The notes beneath the pieces were generated by a model. That model had not been told where the DNA came from. It ran no database searches and saw nothing but the letters and a program-made list of their open reading frames with translations. 45,322 nt of DNA. Origin: Intoshia linei. Taxonomy: Eukaryota; Animalia; Orthonectida. The stretch lies in contig LWCA01000168.1 of the NCBI GenBank assembly GCA_001642005.1, positions 1 to 45,322 on the forward strand, read 5' to 3'. Positions 1-12,225 of the stretch are shown here, piece after piece (within the stretch, counting starts at the first letter, position 1; each line of letters starts with the position of its first letter). Made by a program: the position numbers and the translations under genes.

Positions 1-239
1 ATGGATCTCATGCAGATCCTCGAAAAAAGTTTTCATTTTGTTGTCTAGTGTAATTGTACTGCTATTTAATGTTAATGTTGGCAACATTCACCCTAAACGT
101 GCTTTAAATGGTCTGAATCCTTTAATTATCAATAATTATTGATAAAAAATATTTTTTACTTATCGAAAGCAGATACTGAATATATACCATTACTAAAAAA
201 AGAAAATACCGGTTTATTAAATAAATTATTTACAATGTT

Positions 240-575
240 ATTTTTGCTGTGATTTTAGCTATTTGTGAAAATTTTTAGGATTGTACTGTTTTTACTTTAT
301 TTTTATGATTATATTCACATTCTGTCTAATAAATTAAAAAAATATCAAAATTGTTCTTAAAATTTAAATTTTTATGTGAAATGACTGGTTCATAGTGAAA
401 CAAGATTGAGAACCACTCCTTTAAAGGATTGTTAATAGTGAATACATTGTAATTTAATATAGTGTAGTACCATTTTTAAGTAAGATTTTATAAATGTAAT
501 TTATTTTTTGGGTAGAATTAAAAACTAGTTCGCTCTCAGCAGAACTAGGTACTATTTGTACAATGTACATTGTTA
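240..575. repeat. Copy of a dispersed Helitron/DINE-1-like repeat family inside a myosin intron
   Basis: Similar to 10370-10710 (direct) and 12226-12400 (inverted): shared gaaacaag..gaaccactcctttaaa..aatagtgaata and ctc.gcaga.ctaggt blocks. Confidence 0.7.
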
Positions 576-655
576 CACGGTAAATTGTTAAAGTCAAGTT
601 AGATATAATAATATAATTGACTATGAAAAATAGATATGTTTATTTTTAAAATTAC

Positions 656-3028
656 CAGTATTATCTTTGATGCTAGCTTGATCGGATCGCGTCACAGCAT
701 ATTCTACATTGCCTAAATGCATAATCCCAGATAAGCATCTAATTATATCTAAAATATAGTATATACGACGAATAACTGATACAAATACTTTTAATCTCCC
801 CTTCTTCAAATCCTTCCAATTTCATGGACTCTAAGGTAGTATCATATTCCTTTTTATCATCAATATCACCAGCTTTTAAATTTGCATTTTTTATGTATTT
901 AAAAGAATTGAAATCGTTAAGCAAATATTCATCTAATAGTAAAAAGTAAATCATACGTTATAAATCAGTGTTTCTTAAACTAAAGTCTACAGATATACAG
1001 TCTGTAAAAATAACACAATATTAAAATAATTTTGCATGATAAATGTGCCAATAAAATATTAATCTTTAACCTTTTTCTTTACTTGATAACCCATGCATTA
1101 ATTGATAAAAAATGTGAAAGTTTCGTTCATCATTATGCTGATTTATGGATCTTGATTTTTCCAACAAATCTAAATTTTTCATTATTATTTACATTGTAAT
1201 TAACCAATTGCGTCTCGAATACAAAATAAATGGTGAGCATGTATTAAACTGTAATATGGTTATTACACTTTTTAAATCGTAAATTTACACACTGAAATAT
1301 AACAAATTTCGGGATGCAAACAGTTCAGCCCAATATTTTAGTATTACATTTTAATTAAAAATTAAAAATTGTGTTTTAAATAATATCTACATTGTAGATA
1401 TTCAATATTGTTTACAATTAATAATTATTTATAATAAATAAATTAATTATAATTATTGATTGTTGATTATCGATATTGTATTGAATTGCAATATGACTAT
1501 TACACAACGAAACTTACAAATCTCAGGGTGCAAAATGTACACTGTTAGTTTATTAATTTTATTCAATGTTAATTTAATTATAACACTGCAGTGTAGCACA
1601 ATATAATATAATTTCGCTGACTATGTACTATAAAATTTTATTTTATTTTAAATTTAGCAGAGGGAAGCATTTACTGTTCGAAGGCCGCACTAACCTCCCA
1701 GAAAAATATAATAAGGCCGTACATGTTTGAATAAAATGTAATTTAAAAATAAATACAGCAGTGCTTCTTATGGGGGCCCATGATGGATGTGACTGGCACC
1801 ATAAGTGGGAATAATTTTATTAGTGGTGAATGAATAACTTTTAGCGTATTTTATTCAATTTAGTAAAATCATATAAAAAAAACACCTTCACCAACTCTAA
1901 GTCAAATTTTGGTTAACTGGAGACCTGCATTTCTCACTGACGATCCGCAACTGTAATTAACTGTAAGTTAATTAATTTTTTAAATTTTAAAAAATGATAT
2001 ATTACATGTATCAATTCTGGCTCCACAAATGTGTCCAACATTATTAAATTTAATTTTAATAAATTTTCCCTAGAAAATTGAATGAATTTAAAAATTGACA
2101 TGCTCATACAAATCTGGAAGAATTGTCATTTCTTTTAGTTTTTGCGTTACCAAATGCTTCCAAAATATTGTTTACTGTCAATAATTGTTTTGTCAACACA
2201 TCCTATATTATTTGATTAAAATTTTAGACATCATAAAGAATGGTACAATCTGAAACAAATATGCAATTTTCATTAATATGTAATGTCATCAGAAAGTTAA
2301 AGGTTATTAAACTTACGTGTTTTTTTTTGGCATTGGTAGAATTGGCAAGATATTGTATAATTTTTTTAGTATTTTCAGTTTTGCCTGACAAATAAATAAA
2401 AATATAAAAAAAACATACCTGCTCCAGATTCCCCTGTACAAAGAATCGATTGATTCTCTCGTTCTATAAATCAATGCAAAAAAAAGTAAAACCTTACCTA
2501 AGCTTAAATTTTGAAACGCATTGTCAGCAATGCAAAAAATGTGAGGTGGCATTTGAGATCTTTTTTTTCTGTGGTAACTATTCATGACATTTTCGGAATA
2601 AATGGGTAAAGAACGATAAGGGTTAATTACAACACAAAACAGACCAGAATACGTCTAAAAGATGTTAAAAAAAATAAAATAATGAAAACATAAATCAATC
2701 CGGAATAATAACGATCTCTTAAATTGTGAAAAACTGACGCCTCGTTTAAATTAGTCAATCTAGACATATCCTCAATTTTTTGAAACTTGGGTGGATTCAT
2801 TTTCTGAATATCTACATTGTTGACAATCATTTCTTTGTTATTGGATATGTTCATGACCTTGGTTTTACCCTTTCCAGCCGAGCCTAAATCCTTGACTGAA
2901 ACGTAACCATTCATTTCATCCGGCACCCACACTAATTTATTCTCACTCCAAGAAGTGTCTGCCGCATCTAATTGATTTCGATCAACATGCAAAAAACTTT
3001 TTTCATCCTTAGAAAGGTTATCCGTCAT
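656..3028 (-). CDS. zip: Non-muscle myosin II heavy chain (MYH9/10, zipper-like), N-terminal motor-domain exons; gene continues past the window start
   Basis: Exons 3028-2690, 2654-2498, 2463-2419, 2384-~2317, ~2203-2110, ~2069-2006, ~1169-1071, ~931-789, 748-656 splice to [25 protein letters not shown]|[14 protein letters not shown]-loop [38 protein letters not shown]|[24 protein letters not shown] introns. Confidence 0.93.
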
Positions 3029-3194
3029 AAAAACTTTGTCTTGTAAAATATGGTACTACTTTTTACAATATTTAAACAACTGTATTTACACTTATAGCAT
3101 CAGTCCTAGCAAATTAAATAATGGTATTGGAAATAGTCAACACATATAGGCATATTGATAAAGTTTATTGAGTTACAAATACAATTTAAGGGAA

Positions 3195-3701
3195 TTAAAA
3201 CATAATCATTTGACCCTAAATAAAAATTTAATAAAATAGTAATTTTTGTAAATAAACCTTTTTCTTTTTTTCTCCACCCAATTCAAAATGCTTGCATCGT
3301 TTAATGTGTTGCATCTTTTTACGTTTGCAAGACGAACATTCTAATTTCAATGTAATTTTCTTTGTATTTTTTGCCTATGTATTGATATTTAAAAAAAATT
3401 TTCATTATTGGTTACCTTTTTTTTCAAAATAGGTTTGGTTTGACCACCAAAACCTTGCTGTTTACGGTTATATCTTCTGTTTCCTTGTTTATGTTGATTA
3501 ACCTTTCCCTTTTTGTACTGAGTCACTTTGTGTAAAGTGTGCTTGTGACATCCTTTACCATTGCAGTACGTTTTTCTTTGTTTTGGAAAATTCACCTAAA
3601 ATTTTATTTGTATGTTATTGAATGCTCTTTTTAATTTTTACGTAATTAAATTATATAAATGTGTTTTAATATATTTATTTTCAATATTTTAAACATACCA
3701 T
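3195..3701 (-). CDS. RPL36A: 60S ribosomal protein eL42 (L36a/L44)
   Basis: Exons 3701-3699 (ATG only), 3595-3416, 3374-3258, 3215-3195: [35 protein letters not shown]|[31 protein letters not shown]|GQMIMF*. Confidence 0.97.
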
Positions 3702-4589
3702 GATTGTTCCTAATATCGTTTTGTAATAAAGTTTTTTACGATATTGAATTTCAGCAACAGAAAATTAAAATAAAAACAACATAAGTTTGTTTCTTTTTTA
3801 TTTTCGATACTAAATGATATCAGATTTATCTAATTTATTTTTCATATTTATTAATAATGAATCATTATTTAATTTTTAAATTATTTACATTTAAATTTTA
3901 TTAATGCCGGATAAAAGTGGGATTTTTGAAATTATAATGTAGCGGTCGTCTAGGCTTTGGGATAAAATCCTGACATCTGGCAACTCTGCAGTGCAACTAA
4001 CGGAACATTTACTTTCATTATATATTGAATGGTATATAAACAAGTATTTCCGTATATATTGTGTAGTTACTACTACGCTGTGGTACACTCTACTAGTAGT
4101 AATACACCGCATCTTATATTATTTGCATGTCACAACAGCATGTAAACAGTTAGGGTTGTAACTTTGTTCGCTATATTCGTTAATTTTATTTATTTTGTAG
4201 AAAATCGGGGTAGCTCACTTTTTGCATTTTTTAATGCGATACACTTAAGCAGTTATTTTACTTATTAACACTAACATCATACTTAAATATGCAGTGCTCA
4301 TTGAGCAGTAGTTATGTCGATTTTTAGCAGTAACTTTATTAAATTGACAGTAAAATTTCTATTAGAATTAAACTAGCTAATTAAACTAACTGTTAATAAT
4401 AAATTTTTTTTAAATTTAAATTTCTATTTGTTTTGCTTATTCTTTCCATAAAGATTGCATTCTAATTATGACAAAATTTGTTGATGAAAAAAAGTTATTC
4501 AGAAATTTTGCATTTTTTCATTTGGCATTTCATAAAATTAAGAAAACTATTGAAAAAATTAAATTTTATCCTGAATTATCTAAGTTGTA

Positions 4590-5135
4590 TATTTATTTTC
4601 ACTAGTTTATGTTTACTAATCTAACTAAAAAAAATCAATTCTGTCCAATATTGGTTTGTGTGTGTTATTATTTATTTCAATAACTACCAGTCTTAGAATT
4701 ATATAAAGTCCACATTTCAATTACAGTTTTTTCCAGAAGTGTTATTAAAAAATAAATTTCAACCCCCAAACTCACGTCTTACGAATCAACAACCCTAATT
4801 GTGCTTTTTTTGAAAATCAAACGAGTTGGAGAATTTAAAAAAATATATACTCTCATACGGATTTTAAAATAATAAACATTAGCATAAATTTAAATGTAAA
4901 AAAATTTACAGATGGTAGAGTTGTATCCTGTTAATACGCACATAAAAATTTCAATTTAAATAAGTGATGCCTTGATGGTCAAAAAGCATTTTAGTTTTCA
5001 TATTTTTTTTGCGAAATATTTTATTAAAACAAAAAATGTGAAATAATTAACGGTCCAAAAATTAAAAAAATAATTATCTGATAGAGCTTATTCCAGTTGA
5101 TATAAATACAAAATTTCAACCCCAGAAATCAACCA
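4590..5135. repeat. Dispersed repeat (Helitron/DINE-1-like family)
   Basis: Colinear similarity with 30280-30995 (aataactacca.tcttagaatt, ttggagaatttaaaaaaatatata, gcttattccagttgatataaatacaaaa). Inverted partial copies at 5655-5905 and 12400-12500. Superfamily assignment is inferred. Confidence 0.75.
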
Positions 5136-5654
5136 ATTTTCAAATATAATTTAAAAAAAATGTGGTTGTCATAGAAACATTGGCCCAAGTGATCTCGATT
5201 AGCCAGAGTAGCCACTGCTTACAAGTGATTGTCAAGTGAATATAACTAAGATATAAATAATTTCTAATAATTAGCAGGTGCACTCCGCTATATAAATTTA
5301 ATATATAGATTTATTACTAGTCAAATGAAAATGTGTTCGAGTTATGTGTATTTAAATTGAGATATGACATTTATACAAACATTTCGTTTTTGTTTTGTCA
5401 AGTCAAGTCAAGTGTTCATATTATGAACTTCATATTTACAAATTAGAAATTAATTTAACAATTATTAAGAAATATTAACACTAGAAAATACTAAATATTT
5501 GATTTTTTAATATTTTTCTAATTTTTCAAAAAATATCAACTCGGGCTTTTCCCGAATAGCCCGAGTTGGAGAGTCGCCACTGAATTATTTTATTTATTAA
5601 CTCTACAAATTATATCAATATTATTTTCTCAAATTTCGTTATGTGATTTAGTGT

Positions 5655-5905
5655 AATGGTAATAATATATTAAAAATTATTTTTCACTGGGCATGTGTAG
5701 ATTTCTGGGGTTGAAATTTTGTATTTATATCAACTGGAATAAGATGTATTAAAACAATCTATTTTTTTAATTGTAGGACCGTTATTTAAAAATTTTGGTG
5801 TGTGTTAACTAGATATAACTGTATCATCCGTAATTTTGTTTAAAATTCTAGGGCCGTTTTCATTTTTAAAAAAAGGTAATCTGGGTTTTTGATCGTGAAA
5901 ATTAT
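5655..5905. repeat. Inverted partial copy of the same repeat family
   Basis: 5700-5743 is the exact 44-bp reverse complement of 5087-5130. Related segments at ~14830-14900 and ~37310-37410. Confidence 0.75.
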
Positions 5906-6199
5906 CTTTTTTGAGATTGACATTTATGATAATGCTCAGGATTTTAAAAACTATTAGTGAAGCTTTTAGTGAAGATGATTTTTATGTCATGACACCCATA
6001 GGGACATATACATGAGAAACACAATATTCATGTGTTTGGGATCCTATACATGTTGCCAGGTATAAAGTTAAATTCTTCATTTAAAATCTGTGTTTCTAAG
6101 TGTACAGTTGTTTTTTGCTGAAATAGTTCCATAGATTAATTATAAATTTAATTCCAACAATTGAAATGTGTATACGTTCAATGCACATTTTTTCTAGAA

Positions 6200-6350
6200 A
6201 ATTGTAAACATTTCTCAATGTTTAGATGAGACTAATGACACCAAGGATATGACACAAGTAGTAGTGTTTGTTCGTATGACGAATGATGAATTCGACATTT
6301 ATGAAGAAATGATGGGACTAGTTGGATTGACTGGTACAAATAAAAGTAAA
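6200..6350 (+). pseudogene. hAT (SPIN/Buster/GTF2IRD2-like) transposase fragment
   Basis: Translates to CLDETNDTKDMTQVVVFVRMTNDEFDIYEEMMGLVGLTGTNKS, matching the hAT first-catalytic-Asp motif LDES.D..D.AQL.IF.R..EE; no surrounding ORF. Confidence 0.8.
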
Positions 6351-6639
6351 AGTGTGAAAATTATAAGCTATGACTTTTATATAATATAATTTTTTTTACT
6401 ATTTAGTGACTAAATTAAATCTATTAAATTAAGTCTATTAACCCTTACGAGACAAAAACACGTATACATGCAAAGAAGTACAATCATAAATTTAAATTGT
6501 TTGTCGGCATGCAAAAATAAGGCGGTACATATGTCAATTGTGAACAAATTATTACTCATGAAATATGAGTACAAAATTAATTTTATTACCAACATTTACA
6601 TAGTGTCAACAATAAAATATTACATTATACAAAAATATT

Positions 6640-6920
6640 TCAGTTTTTGCGCACTAGATAAAATGTTCCCATATTTACCGTTATTGAATTAACAAATTGT
6701 ATATTTTTAATATAATTAAACTGTATATAACGATGCTAAAATTAATTTTTTTGGTTAGTTAAATCAAAAATTATAATATTATTTTTTGAGGATTATTTCC
6801 GTTTTTGCGCATGAAATAAAATGTTCTTACTCTTTACCTTTAGTGAATTAAACTATCTTAAATTTTTAATAAAATTAAACTGTACATAATGATATAAAAT
6901 TTAATTTTTTTGATTGATTA
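6640..6920. repeat. Two diverged ~157-bp subterminal tandem units within the piggyBac-like element
   Basis: gtttttgcgca..ataaaatgttc..gaattaa..aattaaactgta.ataa.gat..aaaatt at ~6643 and ~6801. Confidence 0.7.
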
Positions 6921-7583
6921 TATTATCAGTTGCAATGTAATAAAATTTTAATTTTAATTAACAAAGATTAAAAATTAATATTCAGTAATGAAATTGAACA
7001 ATATCAAAGGAAAATTGTCCGCTTTACTGAACATAAAATTGAATTGCTCATTGTTGAGTCAACAAAAATGTAATTTCTTTATCAATTTTTTATTATAAAT
7101 CTCTTAATAAAGATTAAATTTCATAGATTTAAAAATGACCGGTAAGATAAAACATTAGCATCAATTTAAGCAGTTATTTTAAATTTGTTTTGTTATTATT
7201 AATGAAATAAATTTAAAAAACACCTTAGGTTGTGCTTTTAAAGTTTTGAACAAAATATAGCTCATCGTAACTAACATTTATATATTATTTTTTTGAATTT
7301 TTGTTTAAAACACAGTAGAGTATTTTTATAATAAAATAATTAACTCTAAATTTACATAAATATGTATTAACAATTAATGTAAATAATTAATTCGCATCTA
7401 ATAACCTGAAGTTATTTTTAAGTTTTTATAAATGTATGTATGCAATTAAAATTTCCTAAAACGTGCAAAGTAAAATATCCAAGATAAAATTTATACTCCA
7501 TGGTATAAAATATAGATACGCAATATTATACATCATGTTTGAATATTAATTAATTCTGAGCAACCTTAACATAATTTTGACGA

Positions 7584-8106
7584 TAATTTAAATTTAAATA
7601 CGAAAATCTAAATATCAATCCATTTATATAAGTATTTAATTAATTAATTAAAATATAATAAGGCTCTAAAATTATTGCTTAGATTTCATATTTTTAAAAA
7701 TCATTTTGCTCGCTATATACAATCTCAAATAAGGCTCACTGTTTTAGAACAATTTTATAGCTCAGAGAAAACGTAAAGTATTGTATTTTATTAGTGACAC
7801 TTTCAATTGTTCACTTTGAATAATCTTTCGAAATAATTTTATNTAATTTAAATTTAAATACGAAAATCTAAATATCAATCCATTTATATAAGTATTTAAT
7901 TAATTAATTAATTAAAATATAATAAGACTCTAAAGTTATTGCTTAGCTTGCATATTTTGAAAAATCATTTTGCTCGCTATATACAGTCTCAAATAATGCT
8001 CAGTGTTTTAAAACAATTTTATAGCTCAGAGAAAACGTAAAGTATTGTATTTTATTAGTGACACTTTCAATTGTTCACTTTGAATAATCTTTCGAAATAA
8101 TTTTAT
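7584..8106. repeat. ~260-bp near-identical direct duplication centred on a single N (7843)
   Basis: 7584-7842 is repeated at 7844-8106 with only scattered substitutions; typical of unmerged overlapping contig ends or haplotypes. Confidence 0.85.
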
Positions 8107-8173
8107 GAAATAGTTTGGCTTTTATTTTGTAAAACTTAAAAATTTTTATGAAGTGAAAATGTTATGTAAATTT

Positions 8174-9403
8174 CACTGTCCAACATTGCAAAAAGAAACT
8201 TAATGTAACATATATTAAAATAATCAGTTAATTTTTGTGATTCTAACGATATATATATTTTTATAATTGAAGATATAAAAATAGTGATATTTCAATTAGT
8301 AATTTTATTATTCTATTAAATTTTTACCCACAAAAAACATAGTGACATGTTTTACATGTCAAATAAAGTTTTTATTACATCTTTCAATTAATTAAAGCGA
8401 TGAGTTAATTTTATAATTGCGTTCTCACAAAACATTTAAACAAGATTTAAACCATTAATTACAATGTCGAACACGTATACAACAAACTTACTGCGACCAT
8501 CATAAATTTTTCCTAATCTCAGCGACACTAAATTAATGGCTGGTATACTAAATGGCCCACAAATTAGAAAACTATTAAAAGATGTACATTTTCGATCTAC
8601 CCTTAAATTTGAACAAAAAGATGCGTTTAATGCTTTGGAAAATGTAATCTTATTTATTCTTGGAAACAATCGATCTGAAAATTACAAGGATTTAATCGAA
8701 GAGTTATTGATAAAATACCAAGAAATGAACTGCCTTTATACCATAAAAATGCATTACCTAGAATATCATTTAGATTTCTTTGCGTTATACTGTGGTATGT
8801 GATCAAACGAAAAGGGTGAACAATTTCATCAAACTATGATGTTATATGAAAGATGTTTTGGAAGATGTAGATCATTAAATATGATTTGTGATTTTGTTTT
8901 GTGGTGTTCAATAAAAAATAAATTTTAAATTTATCTAATTATTACTTTTTTTATTAAATACTTTTAATTGATATCTTCTTATATCTTAATTTTTTAAATT
9001 TATGTCTATCACTTAAATCCTTGATATTGAACAAGATTTATCTAGGGGTAACCCGAAAAAGTTATTTTACGTATAATGTAAGTACGTCCATAAAATTTTT
9101 TATTTCATATTTTTTGTCGATGTTGCCTTAAAATTAGAGTTAATTAATTAAAGTAATTAAATAATTAATGACAATTTTTTTATACATATGTAGATGTATG
9201 TCTATATGATGATAGAAAGATGTAGATAAATTGTAAATAGACCTCACGGTGGAGTGTACCTCTTTAAAAAAAAAACTTAGACCCTTAATTAAATCCAAAG
9301 TCGATCTTGAAATTAATAAATTTTTTTTAAAAATAGATGTATACTGGTTCACTTACATATAACAAAAGTTTCGGTCAGTTTGTCGAAATTTTGTTGGACA
9401 GTG
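8174..9403 (+). mobile_element. Chapaev3 (CMC)-like DNA transposon, internally deleted, with decayed transposase C-terminus (~8500-8870)
   Basis: TIRs cactgtccaaca (8174) and tgttggacagtg (ends 9403), flanked by ttt on both sides. ORF remnant GILNGPQIRKLL..ILGNNRSENY..KMHYLEYHLDFF..*SNEKGEQFHQ resembles the GPQIR / H..H.D.F / GERFHQ motifs I associate with Chapaev3; in-frame stop. Confidence 0.75.
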
Positions 9404-10369
9404 TTTTAGTAAAAATAAATAGTCTCGTAAGGGTTAAATCAAAATTTTTTAAATTTAGGGTATAAATGTAAAGTGAAAAATATTTTGTATTGAAAATTCA
9501 ATCGTTGTTAAAAATTGAATTAAGACAGCTAGAAGGAAAATTAAAAAACTAAGATGTTTAGTTATAAACGGTGATTAACATAATACTCTGTAAACCATGA
9601 CAATTCATTACAACACTGTTTTCTAAAAAAATAAAGTTATATTTTTATTTTAATATAAGATTTGTAATGGTTTATTTAAAATGTTAAACGCACAGCGAGT
9701 AGATGTCTTTGTCAAATAAAATTGTATATTAATTGGTTTTTCATTAAAATACACTATTTGCACGCTAACCATCTTTATCAGTTATTAGTATTATACATTA
9801 GTATTATTTACCTTTTTTTTTCATTATTAATTTTATAAAAATTCTAGTTCATCTTATGATGGGTGCGTTGATTTTGAAATTTATAAATTATGGTTTAATG
9901 GAGGCGTTGGTTGAAAAAGGTTGAGAACCCCTGCTCTAAGGTGTCGCGAACTGTAAAATAAAAATGGAAAATGTAAATATTGATCCTACAATTTCTAAAA
10001 AAAATTTGCATTGAATGTCTACACATTTCCAATAAAGAAATATGGGTGAAAATTTATATAATTCATTCCTTCGGGATTTTTTTCATTGCTACGCAATTGT
10101 TAAATTTCAAATTCTCATTTTCAAAACATTTTGTTACAAATTTAAACTACAACGAAACTAAAAGTAATACAACTTTGTTAATATCATTTTTATATGGATT
10201 ACAATCCTTTGCAATATTGGTAAAATTCGCCTGAAATATGTTTATAAAGTGAAGATTCGGTTAATTATTTTATACAAATTGGTATTTTTAAGTATTTAGA
10301 AAATTGGTACTGAATATATATCATCATATGGAAAATGACAAAATAAGTTTTTATAATTTTATTTTTTCT

Positions 10370-10710
10370 AAAAATTATGGTATTTATGACAATTTTTAGG
10401 ATTGAACTTTTTTTTCTTTATTTTTAATAATATTTTAAATTAAAAAAACGGGATAACAATTGTTTTTAAAATTCTTTACGCAAATGTTAACAAACAAAAA
10501 ATTAAGATGGAATAGTTCACTTAAAAAGTAATGTGATATGACGGTTCCACCTGAAACAAGTTTGGGAACCACTCCTTTAAAAATTGATAATAGTGAATAG
10601 TATGATTTTTAAGTTAAATTTTCAACATGAATTTATTTTTTTGATAGAATAAAAATGTGCCCTCGGCAGATCTAGGTGCGGTTTGTACGTAGTACATAAC
10701 AGTCAACCTA
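10370..10710. repeat. Dispersed repeat copy upstream of NDUFB9
   Basis: Similar to 240-575; reverse complement of 12226-12400. Confidence 0.75.
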
Positions 10711-10942
10711 GTTGTAATATATTGTTTGAAATTACAATTTCTATTTATGATTCATGATGAGGCTAAATTTTGAATCATTTTATTCTAAAAATAATCCAGT
10801 AAGATTTGAACTAATGAATATAGTAAATTTTAAGATTGACGCACCTAGATTTTGATGGACTGGTCGGGATTCTCAACTTAATAAATATAAACTTAAATTT
10901 TATTAAAATTTCCATAGAATCCGTTTAAACTTAAAACCTTTA

Positions 10943-11510
10943 ATGTATCAAACAAAATTTGTTTCACATAGTCGTCGCGTCTGTAAATTGTATAAAGACG
11001 CATTACATGCTCTACGTGAAATATATAATGCACCGTAATTCTACTACATATAATTAATTAATCCTCGACAAGTAAAAAAAAGCTGTACCATTAAAATTGT
11101 TTCATTTAGACACGAGTGTAGATATCATTCCGTTTTATTGAGACAAAGGTTTGAAAAATATAAAAATGAAAAAGATTTAATGTTGGCTAAAAAAATGGTT
11201 ATTGAGGGAGAAGCTGAGTTGAAATCAAAACGATCGTGGGATCCTTTAAAATGTAAAAATATTATCTAGTCATTAATTCAATTAATTTTATCTATAGATG
11301 CGCATTCACCTGGGGGAGCAGCATATGATACGGAATTTCATTGGAGCGATTCTGTATAAAATTTCTACAACTTTTTCTTATTTTTAGTTATTGGATTCAT
11401 GGCATCCAATTGAAAAAATGGCTTATGCTAAATACTTTGAAAAGAGAGAAATAAGAAAAGGAGAATATATTGAAAATTGGAACAAAACATATGAAAATGA
11501 TTCTAAATGA
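10943..11510 (+). CDS. NDUFB9: NADH dehydrogenase (ubiquinone) 1 beta subcomplex subunit 9 (LYR family)
   Basis: Exons 10943-11034, ~11110-11252, ~11298-11353, 11388-11510: SHSRRVCKLYKDAL..RYHSVLLRQRFE..GEAEL..SPGGAAYD..LDSWHPIEKMAYAKYFEKRE*. Start codon uncertain; not in the ORF track. Confidence 0.9.
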
Positions 11511-12225
11511 TATTAAATTTAGTTAAATTAAATTATTTTTTAATGACTCGTGTTAATTTAATTTATTCAGAACGTTTTTAATCGTTAGAGCGAGTTTTTT
11601 ACTGAAAAGGTTCAATTTTCTACCAATACCGTCAAGAGTAAGCTAACAGAGTCCACAATAAAAAAGGATAATAAGAATCCTTAGTCGTCTAAGAGGAATT
11701 ATTATTAAGCATTTAAAAATTGAATGAAATAAAAAATTAATTAACAAAACTCTTATCCTAAGATCCAAAATTTGTACAATTTGTAACTTACATTTTACAA
11801 ATCGATTTACAAAAATTTAATCGCCTTACAGACAAAACGCAAAAATTTATTTTGAAATAAAGTTTCCAATCTATACTAAATGCCGAATAATGATGTGGTA
11901 AGATTGTTTTTAAACTCTATATACAGCGATAAACATGCAACTAATATGTACAATGTTTTGGTAGAGGCTATTTACAGTGTTCAAATTATTCTTAAATGAT
12001 TGATTCTCACATTTGATAACCATATTGAACTGATTGAAATTTTTTATTTTTCATCTACTTACTTTATTTATTACTTAATTTCTTTATTGTACTACTATTT
12101 GCGTCGCACATTAATAAGATTTAATAATGAATTCAACCGTATCTGGTTTCTGTGATTTTGGTAATTTTTTGAAAAAATACGTACATTTAACTAAATTTTA
12201 TTCTATTTATAAAATTATAAAGTTA

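Larger units (their letters stand above)
6442..9433. mobile_element. piggyBac-type non-autonomous element with TTAA-flanked TIRs, containing a nested element
   Basis: ttaa|cccttacgagac at 6438-6453 and gtctcgtaaggg|ttaa at 9422-9437: perfect 12-bp TIR with CCC/GGG ends and TTAA target sites. Spans the N join at 7843, so the two ends may come from different copies. Confidence 0.72.

Noticed and set aside
1880-1960. Sm-site-like aattttgg suggesting a U5 or SL RNA in a myosin intron
   Set aside because: No U5 loop (GCCUUUUAC) and no SL donor or stem-loop architecture found.
3545-3570. CX4C spacing (CNGKGC) in eL42 suggesting fungal contamination
   Set aside because: The spacing varies among eukaryotes, and the flanking genes and intron style match the animal host.
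4149-4157. AACCCUAAC on the minus strand, resembling a telomerase RNA template, with a downstream agagttg..tgtcag
   Set aside because: The same 9-mer recurs near 25568. The downstream segment belongs to a dispersed repeat, and no convincing pseudoknot or P6.1 stem forms.
7584-8106. Tandem duplication as a biological event
   Set aside because: Centred exactly on a single N; best explained as an assembly overlap.
11570-11705. Hairpin-containing island downstream of NDUFB9
   Set aside because: All frames close quickly and no RNA family was recognised.
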